A model generated the notes under the pieces. That model had not been told where the DNA came from, did no database searches, and saw only the letters and a program-made list of their open reading frames with translations. DNA of 64,000 nt from an uncultured Nitrosomonadales bacterium. Its GTDB lineage: Bacteria > Pseudomonadota > Gammaproteobacteria > Burkholderiales > Gallionellaceae. The translations under genes and the position numbers were made by a program. The number at the start of each line of letters is the position of its first letter. Within the stretch, counting starts at the first letter, position 1. Shown piece after piece: positions 8,620-18,499 of this stretch. The stretch is taken from contig CAIRGS010000153.1 of assembly GCA_903878125.1 (NCBI GenBank), forward strand, positions 181 to 64,180, given 5' to 3'.

Positions 8620-9882
8620 TTAGATGGTCGGCAAATTCGGTAACGCAATCTTGTTGTCGGTGCTGAACTGATAATCCTTGAAAACATGCTCGGCCGTAAG
8701 TATCTGATAAGTCCCATCCGGTAGGCGGCGCGTGGTGTCCTTGAGGCGGTAGGTGTTGTGTCCGCAAGTCCAGCAGTCAAAATTGCGCATAGCGGTGCAC
8801 AAACAGGTCTTGTCCATAACGGAGATTTTCTTGGCACTTGGGTGAGCCGCCACCTCGGTATTGTAAGCAGTGATGTAAGCGCAATGACCGTTGCCGTCGA
8901 GCAGGTAGCCGTAGGCTTCACAATTGGGGCGAATTCCAGCACCAATGGCCGGACTCTTCTTCAACATGCGCATGGGATAACCTGTAGGCGAGATCATGTT
9001 TACCTCAATGTCTTCCTCGTTGGCCCTGAAGTACTCTTGCACAATTTTTTCCGGCAAACCGCACTCATGTGTTGCCGTAAAGCGCGTTGCCACTTGCACC
9101 GCCGCGGCACCCGTTTCCAGATACGACACTGCATCGCTGCCGGTAAAAATTCCGCCGGCCGGTATGATCGGAATATCCAACTTTTCGGCCTGCAAGTACT
9201 GATAAATTTCCTTGCAGATTTCTCGCAGATCATATTTTATCCAGTCCAAGCCGAAGCCCAAATGGCCACCGGCCAGCGGCCCTTCTATCACGATATAATC
9301 CGGCAGGCGGTTAAGCTTGGCGTTTTTGCGCAAGAAAATTTGCAGCGCACGTAGCGAGGAGACAATGATGCCAAGCTTGGCATCGCGAAAACGTGGATGA
9401 TCTTCCATCAACGCAAATGAGCCCAGATGCAAGCCGGCACTCAAGGTAATTCCATCTATACCGGCAGAGAGCGCCCCGTGCAACCGTACTCGCAACGTTT
9501 CGCGCGGTGCATTCATCGTAAGCTTTTCCATGCAATTGACGAAAATCATACCGGAACCGCGCTTGGCTTCCATGGCTCGGCTCAGGTGCAGACGCGTCGA
9601 CTCTGCAATCTGTCCAAGATCGAATTGCACCTTGGACTTATCCGTATTGGCAACATTGTACTTGTATTGCTTGAGCTTTGATTTAACGAATTTCGTATTT
9701 AAAAGTCGGTCCGTTACAGTTGGCAGCATGGCATCGGAAAGATGCCCGATGCCGCCAAGACGCGCAGCTTCCAACGCCAGTTCGGCAGTGGAAATATCAA
9801 CCCCCATCCCGCCTATCATGATAGGCACAAGCTCTTGCTTGCCAAATTTCAAACGAAAATCATTAACACACTTCATTGCCAT
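8620..9882 (-). CDS. nitronate monooxygenase (NMO / 2-nitropropane dioxygenase)-family FMN oxidoreductase with a Cys-rich C-terminal extension
   Basis: PIMIGGMGVDISTAELALEAARLGGIGHL and IEGPLAGGHLGF are NMO-type TIM-barrel motifs. About 120 extra C-terminal residues contain seven Cys (CEAYGYLLDGNGHC...KTCLCTAMRNFDCWTCGH). Confidence 0.6.
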   Translation of the reverse strand: MAMKCVNDFRLKFGKQELVPIMIGGMGVDISTAELALEAARLGGIGHLSDAMLPTVTDRLLNTKFVKSKLKQYKYNVANTDKSKVQFDLGQIAESTRLHLSRAMEAKRGSGMIFVNCMEKLTMNAPRETLRVRLHGALSAGIDGITLSAGLHLGSFALMEDHPRFRDAKLGIIVSSLRALQIFLRKNAKLNRLPDYIVIEGPLAGGHLGFGLDWIKYDLREICKEIYQYLQAEKLDIPIIPAGGIFTGSDAVSYLETGAAAVQVATRFTATHECGLPEKIVQEYFRANEEDIEVNMISPTGYPMRMLKKSPAIGAGIRPNCEAYGYLLDGNGHCAYITAYNTEVAAHPSAKKISVMDKTCLCTAMRNFDCWTCGHNTYRLKDTTRRLPDGTYQILTAEHVFKDYQFSTDNKIALPNLPTI

Positions 9883-10091
9883 CCTTCAATTCAAGTCGCT
9901 ATATTGTTATCTTGGTAATAGTAGGCGGTCTCCCGCATCGGGCGCAAATATTTGTCAGAAGCCATCTGGATATTCATAGCAAAGCCAATTTATATTTATA
10001 AACGTGGAAGCTATGGAGTTAATCGAAATAGGAACAGGCACATTCGGCGAAAACCATTTACACCCACCCGAAAAAACGGTTTTTCACAGCC

Positions 10092-11111
10092 TCAAATATG
10101 AATTTTGATCAGCGCTTCCAGCTTGTTTTTCGCCGCGCCGCTGGCAATAACTTCCTTGGCTTTTTTGACCCCTTCTTGTAGCGTTGCAGTCAGCCCAGCC
10201 ACGTAAATGGCCGCACCAGCGTTAAGCTGCACGATGTCACGTGCGGGGCCGGGCTGGTTATCCAACACCGATAACAACATCGTGCGCGCCTCATCGGCAT
10301 TGGCTACGCGTATGTTATCCAGCGGTGCTAACTGTAGATCAAAATCTTGCGGTTGCACCGAGTATTCGAGTACCGCTCCGTCCTTCAGTTCCGCAATATA
10401 AGTTGGTCCGCTGATGGAAATTTCATCCATGCCGTCTGCGCCATGCACCACCAACACATGCCGACTACCGAGCTGCTGCAATACGCGCGCCAATTTCACC
10501 GCCAGATCCTGCTGGAATACGCCCATTACCTGGTTCTGTGCGCCCGCCGGGTTGGTAAGCGGACCCAGCAGGTTGAACATCGTGCGCACACCGAGTTCGC
10601 GCCGCACCGGTGCGGCATATTTCATCGCGCTGTGATGGTTGGGCGCAAACATGAAGCCCACACCGATTTCCTGCACACAGCGCGCCACTTGCTGCGGTGT
10701 GATATTGACATTGACGCCAAGCTTTTCCAGAATATCTGCACTGCCGCAGGTGCTGGAAACTGAACGTCCACCATGTTTGGCTACGCGTGCGCCAGCTGCC
10801 GCCGCGACTAGCGCGCTGGCAGTGGAAATATTAAAGGTCTGCGCACCATCACCGCCAGTGCCGCAGGTATCAATCAAATATCTATCATCCTGCACGGTTA
10901 CTTTGCTCGACAGATCGCGCATTACCTGCGCTGCCGCCGCAATCTCAGTGACAGTCTCTCCTTTCATGCGTAACGCGACCAATACCGCTGCGATTTGAGC
11001 AGGCGTAAGCTGTCCGCCCATAATGTTCTGCATCAACTCGTGCATGTCGTTATGCGGCAAGTCTTCACGATTAAGCAGGCGATTTAGCAGGCTGGCATAG
11101 TCCATCAGCAT
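10092..11111 (-). CDS. trpD: anthranilate phosphoribosyltransferase
   Basis: 339 aa with [17 protein letters not shown] and KHGGRSVSS motifs. Overlaps the trpG stop. Confidence 0.93.
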   Translation of the reverse strand: MLMDYASLLNRLLNREDLPHNDMHELMQNIMGGQLTPAQIAAVLVALRMKGETVTEIAAAAQVMRDLSSKVTVQDDRYLIDTCGTGGDGAQTFNISTASALVAAAAGARVAKHGGRSVSSTCGSADILEKLGVNVNITPQQVARCVQEIGVGFMFAPNHHSAMKYAAPVRRELGVRTMFNLLGPLTNPAGAQNQVMGVFQQDLAVKLARVLQQLGSRHVLVVHGADGMDEISISGPTYIAELKDGAVLEYSVQPQDFDLQLAPLDNIRVANADEARTMLLSVLDNQPGPARDIVQLNAGAAIYVAGLTATLQEGVKKAKEVIASGAAKNKLEALIKIHI

Positions 11112-11674
11112 TCACCGCGCAAAAAGTTGGCAAGTAGCTCGTGACCATATTCAGTGAGTATGGACTCCGGATGAAATTGCACCCCTTCCACCGCCATCGT
11201 TTTATGACGTACCCCCATGATTTCGCCGTCTTCAGTCCATGCGGTAATTTCCAGACAGTCGGGCAGCGTGGCGCGCTCGATCACCAGCGAATGGTAGCGT
11301 GTAGCGGTGAATGGGTTGGGCAGGCCGCGAAAAACGCTGCTGTTGTTGTGAAAGATAGCCGAAGTCTTGCCGTGCATTAGTTGCTTGGCGTGAACAATCT
11401 TTCCACCGAATGACTGGCCAATGCTCTGATGGCCGAGGCACACCCCAAGAAGGGGGATGCGTCCGGCGAAGCGCTGAATGGTGGCGACCGAAATTCCAGC
11501 CTCATTAGGCGTGCACGGCCCCGGTGAAACCACGATATATTGCGGTTGTAGTGTCTCAATCTGCTCCAGCGTAATCTCGTCATTGCGATGTACAACCACA
11601 TCGGCCCCTAACTCGGCAAAATATTGCACCAAGTTGTAGGTGAAGGAGTCGTAGTTATCTATCATTAGCAACAT
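11105..11674 (-). CDS. trpG: anthranilate synthase component II / glutamine amidotransferase
   Basis: [15 protein letters not shown]..., catalytic GVCLGHQ, ...HPES. ATG 11674 is preferred over the TTG at 11686. Confidence 0.9.
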   Translation of the reverse strand: MLLMIDNYDSFTYNLVQYFAELGADVVVHRNDEITLEQIETLQPQYIVVSPGPCTPNEAGISVATIQRFAGRIPLLGVCLGHQSIGQSFGGKIVHAKQLMHGKTSAIFHNNSSVFRGLPNPFTATRYHSLVIERATLPDCLEITAWTEDGEIMGVRHKTMAVEGVQFHPESILTEYGHELLANFLRGEC

Positions 11675-11783
11675 AATTATACCCAACTATATGATTTTAC
11701 GTATTATCATATAAATAAAATTTATTAACCAGCAAGCGGCGAGGCTATAGAGCCTAATCATTACAGGAAGCTCTTTAATCCGA

Positions 11784-13112
11784 TCACTCTGTCTGAGGGG
11801 GCACTTCGCTAGCGCCCGAAACCTGGACTGGTTCTGACAACCGGCTTGCGAGAACCTTGTCGATCCGCTTACCATCCAGATCAACAACCTCGAGCCGCCA
11901 TTGCTCCCACAGCACGACGTCAGCGACCTTAGGTGGCCGCCCAAGCAACCACATCACCATTCCGCTAAGTGTATGGTATCGACCCTTGTCTTCTTCAGGG
12001 ACAGACTTCAACTCCAATTGATCCTTCAACTCGGGCACTGGAATCATTCCGTCCAGTAACCACGAACCGTCTTCGCGCTGGACTGCCCAGCGATCCTCAA
12101 TGTCAAGCGGCCTGAACTCACCAGTAACCGCCTCCAATACATCCTGCAGGGTGACCAAACCCTGTACTTCACCATACTCATCTATGACGAAAACCATGTG
12201 GGTGTCTGATCCTTGAAATTGTGCCAGAAGCTCCAATCCAGTCAGCGATTCGGTCACAAAAACGCATGGATGCAGCTGTGCAGTCAGATCGGGGCGTCCG
12301 CCATTAATAGTTTGATTGAACAGTTGCTTAAAGGAAGTCACTCCCAGCAGGTCACTTAAGCTACCCCGGCAAACTGGAAAGCGCGAATGATCGGATTGCG
12401 CTATGCGTAAGAGATTGGCCTCCAATGGCTGACTGATATCCAGATATTCTATATCTGCTCGGGGGATCATGAGGGAACCGACTTGTCGTTCATCCAGGCG
12501 GAAAACGTTGCGAACCATATCGTGTTCGTGCTGCTCAATGATCCCGGCTTCAGAACCCTCTTCCAGCATTGCATGAATTTCCTCTTCCGTTACGCTTGGC
12601 TCCGCTTGCTGGCTCTTTCCCATCACTCTCAGGAGAGTATCAGTGGATGCCGACAGCAATCGTACGAACGGATGTGTAATTAATGCCAAGATGTGAATGG
12701 GTCTTGCCACCAGGCGTGCAATCCCTTCCGGGTTAAATTGAGCGATGCGTTTGGGTACGAGTTCGCCAACAACAATGGTTAGATAGGTAATCACCACGAC
12801 AACCAAGGCGGTTGCGCCCAGCTCGCTTGGCCGCTGATTAACGCCGAGCGTTTGCAGCCACGCAGCGAAAGGGGCAGCAAATACCGCTTCGCCGACGATA
12901 CCATTCAGGATGCCGATTGAGGTGATTCCGATCTGGATGGCGGAAAGAAAACGTGTTGGATCTTCGCCTAGACTTATCGCCACTTCTGCCGAGGCGTCGC
13001 CGTCTGCCGCTAGACGCGCTAAACGGGCATGTCGGGCAGTCACAAGGGCGATCTCCGACATGGCGAATATCCCGTTTAGCAAAATTAGAGTCATCAGGAC
13101 CAGTATATCCAT
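11784..13112 (-). CDS. CNNM/TlyC/CorC-family transporter-associated protein (DUF21 - CBS pair - CorC_HlyC)
   Basis: 442 aa. It has an N-terminal 4-TM DUF21 (ALVTAR...), a central CBS-pair region and a C-terminal transporter-associated domain. Confidence 0.8.
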   Translation of the reverse strand: MDILVLMTLILLNGIFAMSEIALVTARHARLARLAADGDASAEVAISLGEDPTRFLSAIQIGITSIGILNGIVGEAVFAAPFAAWLQTLGVNQRPSELGATALVVVVITYLTIVVGELVPKRIAQFNPEGIARLVARPIHILALITHPFVRLLSASTDTLLRVMGKSQQAEPSVTEEEIHAMLEEGSEAGIIEQHEHDMVRNVFRLDERQVGSLMIPRADIEYLDISQPLEANLLRIAQSDHSRFPVCRGSLSDLLGVTSFKQLFNQTINGGRPDLTAQLHPCVFVTESLTGLELLAQFQGSDTHMVFVIDEYGEVQGLVTLQDVLEAVTGEFRPLDIEDRWAVQREDGSWLLDGMIPVPELKDQLELKSVPEEDKGRYHTLSGMVMWLLGRPPKVADVVLWEQWRLEVVDLDGKRIDKVLASRLSEPVQVSGASEVPPQTE

Positions 13113-13730
13113 GAGATTATTCGAAAGAATGGTAGTAAGGAGAGGACATGCAAATAACGGAACAGCTGTTTTCGCTGAGGTATTGCCAAATGAGAGGCGG
13201 ACGGAAACACGATGCCCGAGTAACCAGGTTTGCTTCCGACTTGAGAATTACCGAAGACAGTGAGCAATTGTCCTTAGTACGTTCTATTCCACATAGCCCG
13301 TGGACGATGATGCGTACGGAAAAAAGGCGAGAGAGCAGAAGACGAAGTAAGTTTTCTGCCAAGTACTTCCCACCAGTTATCATGCCATTACTGATTTCAG
13401 TGGAAGAGATGTACGCGAGTGAATAATTGCTACTACCCATAGGGCGGAGTGAAACCCCGCTCCCCCTGTCTGTTATTTTAATTGTAGCCATCATAACAGA
13501 CACCATGAAAATTTGTTATCAATTTGATTTTTATGTTAATTAATTACATTAATGGCTCTTTTTATTTCAAAAAAAGACATTATGAATGTCGCTTTCAACT
13601 CTTCGGATAATCGGCGAACCACTGTTGAAGATCAACCACTGCAAATCAGGCCGCTATTGATGGTTCGACAATTTTAAAACTGTCTCTTAATCTTTCGCAA
13701 GGATCCAATTTTAAGCAATGATAATTAAAA

Positions 13731-14558
13731 TTACTGCCACGGCTTTGCTATCGGTTTAGATGCACATGGCACCTGAAACAGTTCGCGGTCTTCGAGGCGG
13801 ATGGCGGAAAGCGTACCGCCCCACAAGCAACCGGTGTCGAGTGCAATGACTTGAGGGGTAACTTTCAATCCCAGTCCCGACCAATGTCCGCACACCACTG
13901 TGGCATTGGCGCTGACGCGCCCTGGCACATCAAACCACGGCATGTATCCCTCAGGCACATTGCATACCTCGCCCTTAAATTTGAATTCCATTTCACCGCT
14001 CATGGTACAAACACGCATTCGCGTGCAGGCATTGGTGATGACACGCAGGCGATTGTAACCACTGAGGTCATCTTCCCAATGGTCAGGATGGTTGCCATAC
14101 ATGTGCACAAGAAAGTCGGAGTAGTGTTGACCCGCTAATGCGGCTTCAGCTTCATGCGCCAACTGCTGTGCCTGGGCCACAGTCCAGCTCGGTAGCAACC
14201 CGGCATGTACCAGCACGAAATCACCCTCGACATATAGCAGACGCTGCGCACGTAGCCAGGTTAGCAGTTCGTCTCGGTCGGGTGCGCCAAGAATGTCATT
14301 CAGCGTGTCGCTACGGTGTGATTTAGCAGCGCCCTCCGCCACTGCAAGCAAGTGCAGATCATGGTTGCCCAACACGGTGATGGCGGCATCTCCCAACGAT
14401 TTTACCAAACGCAGTACGTTCACCGAATCCGGTCCGCGGTTAACCAAATCACCTACCAGCCATAGCCTATCTATTGCTGGGTCGAAGCATATCCGCTCCA
14501 GCAACCGCAAAAACTCGGTGTAACATCCCTGTATGTCGCCTACCGCGTAGGTTGCCAT
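13731..14558 (-). CDS. apaH: bis(5'-nucleosyl)-tetraphosphatase (symmetrical)
   Basis: [12 protein letters not shown]...[10 protein letters not shown]...GNHD metallophosphoesterase motifs in the ApaH arrangement. ATG 14558 is preferred over the TTG at 14567. Confidence 0.88.
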   Translation of the reverse strand: MATYAVGDIQGCYTEFLRLLERICFDPAIDRLWLVGDLVNRGPDSVNVLRLVKSLGDAAITVLGNHDLHLLAVAEGAAKSHRSDTLNDILGAPDRDELLTWLRAQRLLYVEGDFVLVHAGLLPSWTVAQAQQLAHEAEAALAGQHYSDFLVHMYGNHPDHWEDDLSGYNRLRVITNACTRMRVCTMSGEMEFKFKGEVCNVPEGYMPWFDVPGRVSANATVVCGHWSGLGLKVTPQVIALDTGCLWGGTLSAIRLEDRELFQVPCASKPIAKPWQ

Positions 14559-14632
14559 TATTCGCAATCAGTCAGTTTTGAATTTCCCGTGCATTATGGA
14601 TATTAGCCCATAGGCTGCGGTTTTTTTCATTA

Positions 14633-14773
14633 GGGCGCCTCTAAAAATTCAAGTTTCTAGGCAAGACAAGGCACGAGTAAAAAATTTGAGCGCGGCATAT
14701 AGTTGATATGTAAGCGATAATTTTTTTCGAGTAACGCCGTATTGTGACGAAAGTTGGATTTTTAGAGGTGCCC
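14633..14773. repeat. MITE-like element: 25-bp imperfect terminal inverted repeats around a 91-bp core
   Basis: Left arm 14633-14657 is gggcgcctctaaaaattcaagtttc. The reverse complement of right arm 14749-14773 is gggcacctctaaaaatccaactttc, 22/25 identical. The right arm ends 1 nt from the modE stop codon. Confidence 0.6.
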
Positions 14774-14774
14774 A

Positions 14775-15584
14775 TTAGTCTACCCCGATAATAATGTGGG
14801 ACGCCTTGATCAAAGCACATGCACGGCCACCAACAGCGAGCCCGAGCACTTTATGCGACTCGTTAGTAATAATTGCAGCAAGAGTCACGCCATTCCCCAG
14901 ATCAAGCAGCACTTCAGTATTCACCGAACCTTGCTCAATATGATTGACTACCCCGCACAACCGGTTACGCGCTGACGTTTTGATTCTCTCATCCATCAGA
15001 GTCAGAATAACCCACGACGCATTAATCAACGCATACGCCGCTTTGCCCGGCACGAGATCCAGTGAGCGGACGCTTTCCTGGGTAACCATAGCGTATAGCG
15101 CTTCGCCACTGGCCAGCCTAAGCACCACCTCTGCATTGACTGCGCCCTTTTGCACGCTTTCAACTATTCCGCTGAAGGCATTGCGCGCACTCGTATTTAC
15201 ACCAATCCTTTTCAAAAGCTGAAAACTGTTTCCCAGAGTTACTTCTTTATCAAGTGCCGCAAAAAATTGGGCCTGCAATGCCGCGATGCGTCCCAGCTCG
15301 TCTACCAGACGCTGCCCCACCTCAGTTAGCTCTGCCCTGCCACCTCCACGGCCTCCTTGCCAAGCTGCCACCAGCGGCACCCCAGCGAGATTATTCATGG
15401 CTTCAACCGCTTCCCAGGCTCCTTTATAGGTCATCCCGATGACCTTTGCGGCACCGTTTATCGAGTTTTCCCGGCTTATTGCAACCAGTAACTCAAGTCT
15501 TCGTGCGGAAACCTTCCCTCTCTCAAAATCGAGCGACAAGGAAGTACTGAAGTTCCCAACTTGAATTTTGGGTGGCACTGTCAT
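14775..15584 (-). CDS. modE: molybdate-dependent transcriptional regulator ModE (HTH + two Mop/TOBE domains)
   Basis: The N-terminus RRLELLVAISRENSINGAAKVIGMTYKGAWEAVEAMNN...GGRGGG is the ModE HTH signature. Two C-terminal TSARN...G.V repeats are Mop domains. Confidence 0.85.
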   Translation of the reverse strand: MTVPPKIQVGNFSTSLSLDFERGKVSARRLELLVAISRENSINGAAKVIGMTYKGAWEAVEAMNNLAGVPLVAAWQGGRGGGRAELTEVGQRLVDELGRIAALQAQFFAALDKEVTLGNSFQLLKRIGVNTSARNAFSGIVESVQKGAVNAEVVLRLASGEALYAMVTQESVRSLDLVPGKAAYALINASWVILTLMDERIKTSARNRLCGVVNHIEQGSVNTEVLLDLGNGVTLAAIITNESHKVLGLAVGGRACALIKASHIIIGVD

Positions 15585-15744
15585 CGAAATAATTACACTA
15601 GATTAAAGGTCGAAACGTACTTGACTGGGGTACCAAAAAATACATTTTTGGAACCCGCACGAGTTTAAGCATTCAGAATCAAAAATTCACGCTCAATTAC
15701 TGACTTAAAGAGTAATGCGCCAAAATATAATTTGGACTCTTCAG

Positions 15745-16728
15745 TTAATGCAGTCTCACCAAAGGCTTGAATCCCAGGCGTTGCTCCAATTTTTCTGCGG
15801 TAGCGCGCGCCTCATCCTGTGTCGAATAGGGGCCAACATGCACGCGCACCATGTCATTCTCTTTCTGATACAGCTCGACTCGTTTGCCGCTTCCCTCAAA
15901 TTCAACGCTCATGCGCGAAAGAAAGCTTTCAGCACTCTGCTGTGAGCGGAAGGCGCCCAATTGCAGATACACATTTCCACTCGCCACCGCTTCGCCTGAA
16001 GCTGATGGCACTGTTGTAGGCTTTAAGGGGGTCACCACCACCGAATCAGTTGTCGATTTTAAGGGGGTAATCTCCACCGAATCCGTTACTCCCGGAGGCT
16101 GGACATTATTGTCCGCCACCAGGCTTTCCACTTCCACCACGACTTCGGCACTGCCATCATTTATGATGCCAAGTTTGTACGCAGCGGCATATGAAAGATC
16201 AATAATGCGCTCACGCAAAAATGGACCACGGTCATTGATACGAACCACTACCGACTTTTTGTTCGCAAGGTTTGTTACGCGCGCGTAACTGGGTACCGGC
16301 AATATAGGATGAGCGGCAGTCATGCCATACATATCATATATTTCTCCGCTTGCAGTGCGCTTGCCATGGAATTTTTTTCCATACCAGGAAGCAACACCTC
16401 GCTCCTTGAAGCTGCCCGGCGAAGTTAAAGGCGTGTATGTCTTTCCTAAAGCGGAGTATTGGGCGTTCGCAAAACGGTGTAAAGGCTCAACGCGCGGGAC
16501 GGCATCCGGGACGGCGGCTAAATTGGCTGGCACATTATCACCAGGGCTGTCGCCTTCCAAATAACCGCCGCGTTTTGGATGCACAACCGAGGGGGGCAGA
16601 GCAACGTGCGATTCGATTACGGGAGCAGGAGTGCTACGTGCGTCCTCCTTGCGCGTAGTTGCGCCGCTGCATGCCGGAAGGAGGATTGCTGCAAACAGTA
16701 TCAGTCCAATTTGTTTATTCACTGGCAT
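15745..16728 (-). CDS. rlpA: septal ring lytic transglycosylase RlpA (DPBB domain + C-terminal SPOR domain)
   Basis: Lipoprotein signal (LLPACSG), DPBB core ASWYGKKFHGKRTASGEIYDMYGMTAAHPILPVPSYARVTNL...VVVRINDRGPF, and a C-terminal SPOR (YLQLGAFRSQQSAE...). Confidence 0.9.
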   Translation of the reverse strand: MPVNKQIGLILFAAILLPACSGATTRKEDARSTPAPVIESHVALPPSVVHPKRGGYLEGDSPGDNVPANLAAVPDAVPRVEPLHRFANAQYSALGKTYTPLTSPGSFKERGVASWYGKKFHGKRTASGEIYDMYGMTAAHPILPVPSYARVTNLANKKSVVVRINDRGPFLRERIIDLSYAAAYKLGIINDGSAEVVVEVESLVADNNVQPPGVTDSVEITPLKSTTDSVVVTPLKPTTVPSASGEAVASGNVYLQLGAFRSQQSAESFLSRMSVEFEGSGKRVELYQKENDMVRVHVGPYSTQDEARATAEKLEQRLGFKPLVRLH

Positions 16729-17068
16729 AACTCCCTATTTATCATTTCATTATTAGACACATTTTTATTCTTATGAAGGATATTGAATAAATGAAGTATA
16801 GCGTAATCTTTCCAAATCTATTCAACCCAGACCGCTGATGCATAACCCCCGCTAAAAAATGGGCACCCACATTTGGTTAACCTTAGAACAGAAGTGCCAT
16901 TTAACGCAAAGAATGGCGCAAATGAATAACAGCAGGGCGATGCGGATTTACCTGATTGGAAGGTGTTTCACCATCTTTCGGGCAAAATATTGCTGACAGA
17001 TCATTTCGGAGGATTAAAACTGGCGATTGGTAACTTATTTTTTATGGATTATGGAGCACTCCGTTGAA

Positions 17069-18499
17069 TTACGTTTGTTTGCTCCATCCTCCCCCCAACC
17101 CACGAATGAGTCCCACGCTAGCGGCCAGGGATTGAGCTCTGAGCGCCAACAATCCTCGATCTGCCTGCAAAGCTATGGTTTGCGCGGTCGCTACTTCCAG
17201 ATAGGTCACCGCACCATTCTGGTACCGGTAGTTGGCCAGCGTTTCGGCCTTGTGTGCAGAAATCGTAGCCGCAGTTTGCTCAATAATTTGCTGTTTCAAG
17301 AATTTCAGGCGCGCCAACTCATCTTCAACTTGCTGGAATGCCAGCAAAACTACAGCACGATACTCATGCCCCGCTTGATCCAAAACTGCTTTAGCCTGGT
17401 CAACCTGCGACTGCCTTAATTTCCCATCAAAAATATTAAAAACGGCTCTGGGCCCAATAGACCAAAAAAGATTCGGCGCAGTAAGCCAGCCAGATGCACC
17501 CGTATTTTGGTATCCAATCGAGGTGCCACCAAGCGAAATGCTTGGGAAAAAAGCAACCTTGGCAACGCCCACACTGGCATTCGCCGCTTCTACCTTGCGC
17601 TCGGCCGACGCAATATCTGGCCGCCGCTGCAATAACGTGGAGGGCAATCCAATCGGAATTCGAGGGGGCAGAATTAAATCAGAATTTACTACTGGCGATA
17701 TCGTAAATGCAGTAGCTGATTCACCGATTAAACTGGCGATCGCATGTTCAAATACCGCACGCTGTATTTTTAACTCGAAAAGCTCGGCTTTTACAACATT
17801 TACTTGCGTTTCGGCTCTTGCGACATCAAGCCCGGATGCGATGCCTCCAGAATGGCGATTTTCTACCAAAGTAAGTTTTTTTTCAAAATTCTGAATACTT
17901 TCACTAAGTAAATTTGATTGCGCATCAACATTTCGCAACCTGATGTAGTGTTCGGCAAGTAACGCGTGCAAACTCAAGCGAGCACTTTCAAGGTCTGCTG
18001 CTGAAGCTTGGGCAGTCGCCTTGCCCGCAGCGATAGAATTTCTTACCCGCCCCCAAAGATCAACTTCGTAGCTTAACAACGTACTCACCGTATTTGAGTT
18101 ATAGAATCCAGGCTGATTAGGATTTCTCAACGGTCTATGATCGGATTGCCTGTTTCGTGTGATGCCTGCATCGACATCAAGCGAGGGGAGTTGGGCTGCT
18201 CCTAATTGCCTGGCATAGGCAGTTGATTGATCAAATCGCGCAACTGCAATTGCAAGGGTAGGATTGTTTCGCTCCATTTTTTCTTGAAGTTCATTCAGTG
18301 TTTTATCACTAAATAATCGCCACCAGGATCCTCTTGGTAATTCATCAGAAGGTTGTGCCTCCTTCCATAAACCATCTCGCCAAGCGTCTTTAACCGGGAC
18401 AACTATTGGTGGTTGAACGGGCGTGATAAATGAGCAGCCGTGCATGAGCAGCGCAGACAATGGCAACAGCAATCGAAATGCGATAGCCGAGTACCTCAT
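17069..18499 (-). CDS. RND efflux outer-membrane factor lipoprotein (NodT family)
   Basis: 476 aa, lipobox LLMHGCS, two OEP repeats. ATGA overlap with the upstream adaptor gene. Confidence 0.85.
   Translation of the reverse strand: MRYSAIAFRLLLPLSALLMHGCSFITPVQPPIVVPVKDAWRDGLWKEAQPSDELPRGSWWRLFSDKTLNELQEKMERNNPTLAIAVARFDQSTAYARQLGAAQLPSLDVDAGITRNRQSDHRPLRNPNQPGFYNSNTVSTLLSYEVDLWGRVRNSIAAGKATAQASAADLESARLSLHALLAEHYIRLRNVDAQSNLLSESIQNFEKKLTLVENRHSGGIASGLDVARAETQVNVVKAELFELKIQRAVFEHAIASLIGESATAFTISPVVNSDLILPPRIPIGLPSTLLQRRPDIASAERKVEAANASVGVAKVAFFPSISLGGTSIGYQNTGASGWLTAPNLFWSIGPRAVFNIFDGKLRQSQVDQAKAVLDQAGHEYRAVVLLAFQQVEDELARLKFLKQQIIEQTAATISAHKAETLANYRYQNGAVTYLEVATAQTIALQADRGLLALRAQSLAASVGLIRGLGGGWSKQT

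Noticed and set aside
13113-13500. A possible yybP-ykoY (Mn2+) or other metal riboswitch upstream of the CNNM gene. The minus strand has GGGUAGUAGC, loosely like the GGGGAGUAG box.
   Set aside because: The other conserved blocks and the four-way junction pairing could not be found by eye. The resemblance rests on one 9-mer. The region is reported only as an unexplained long leader.
16022-16093. A tandem 36-nt (12-aa) duplication in rlpA (TDSVEITPLKST / TDSVVVTPLKPT).
   Set aside because: It lies in the disordered Pro/Thr/Ser linker between the DPBB and SPOR domains, where such repeats are common and functionally neutral. It is in frame.
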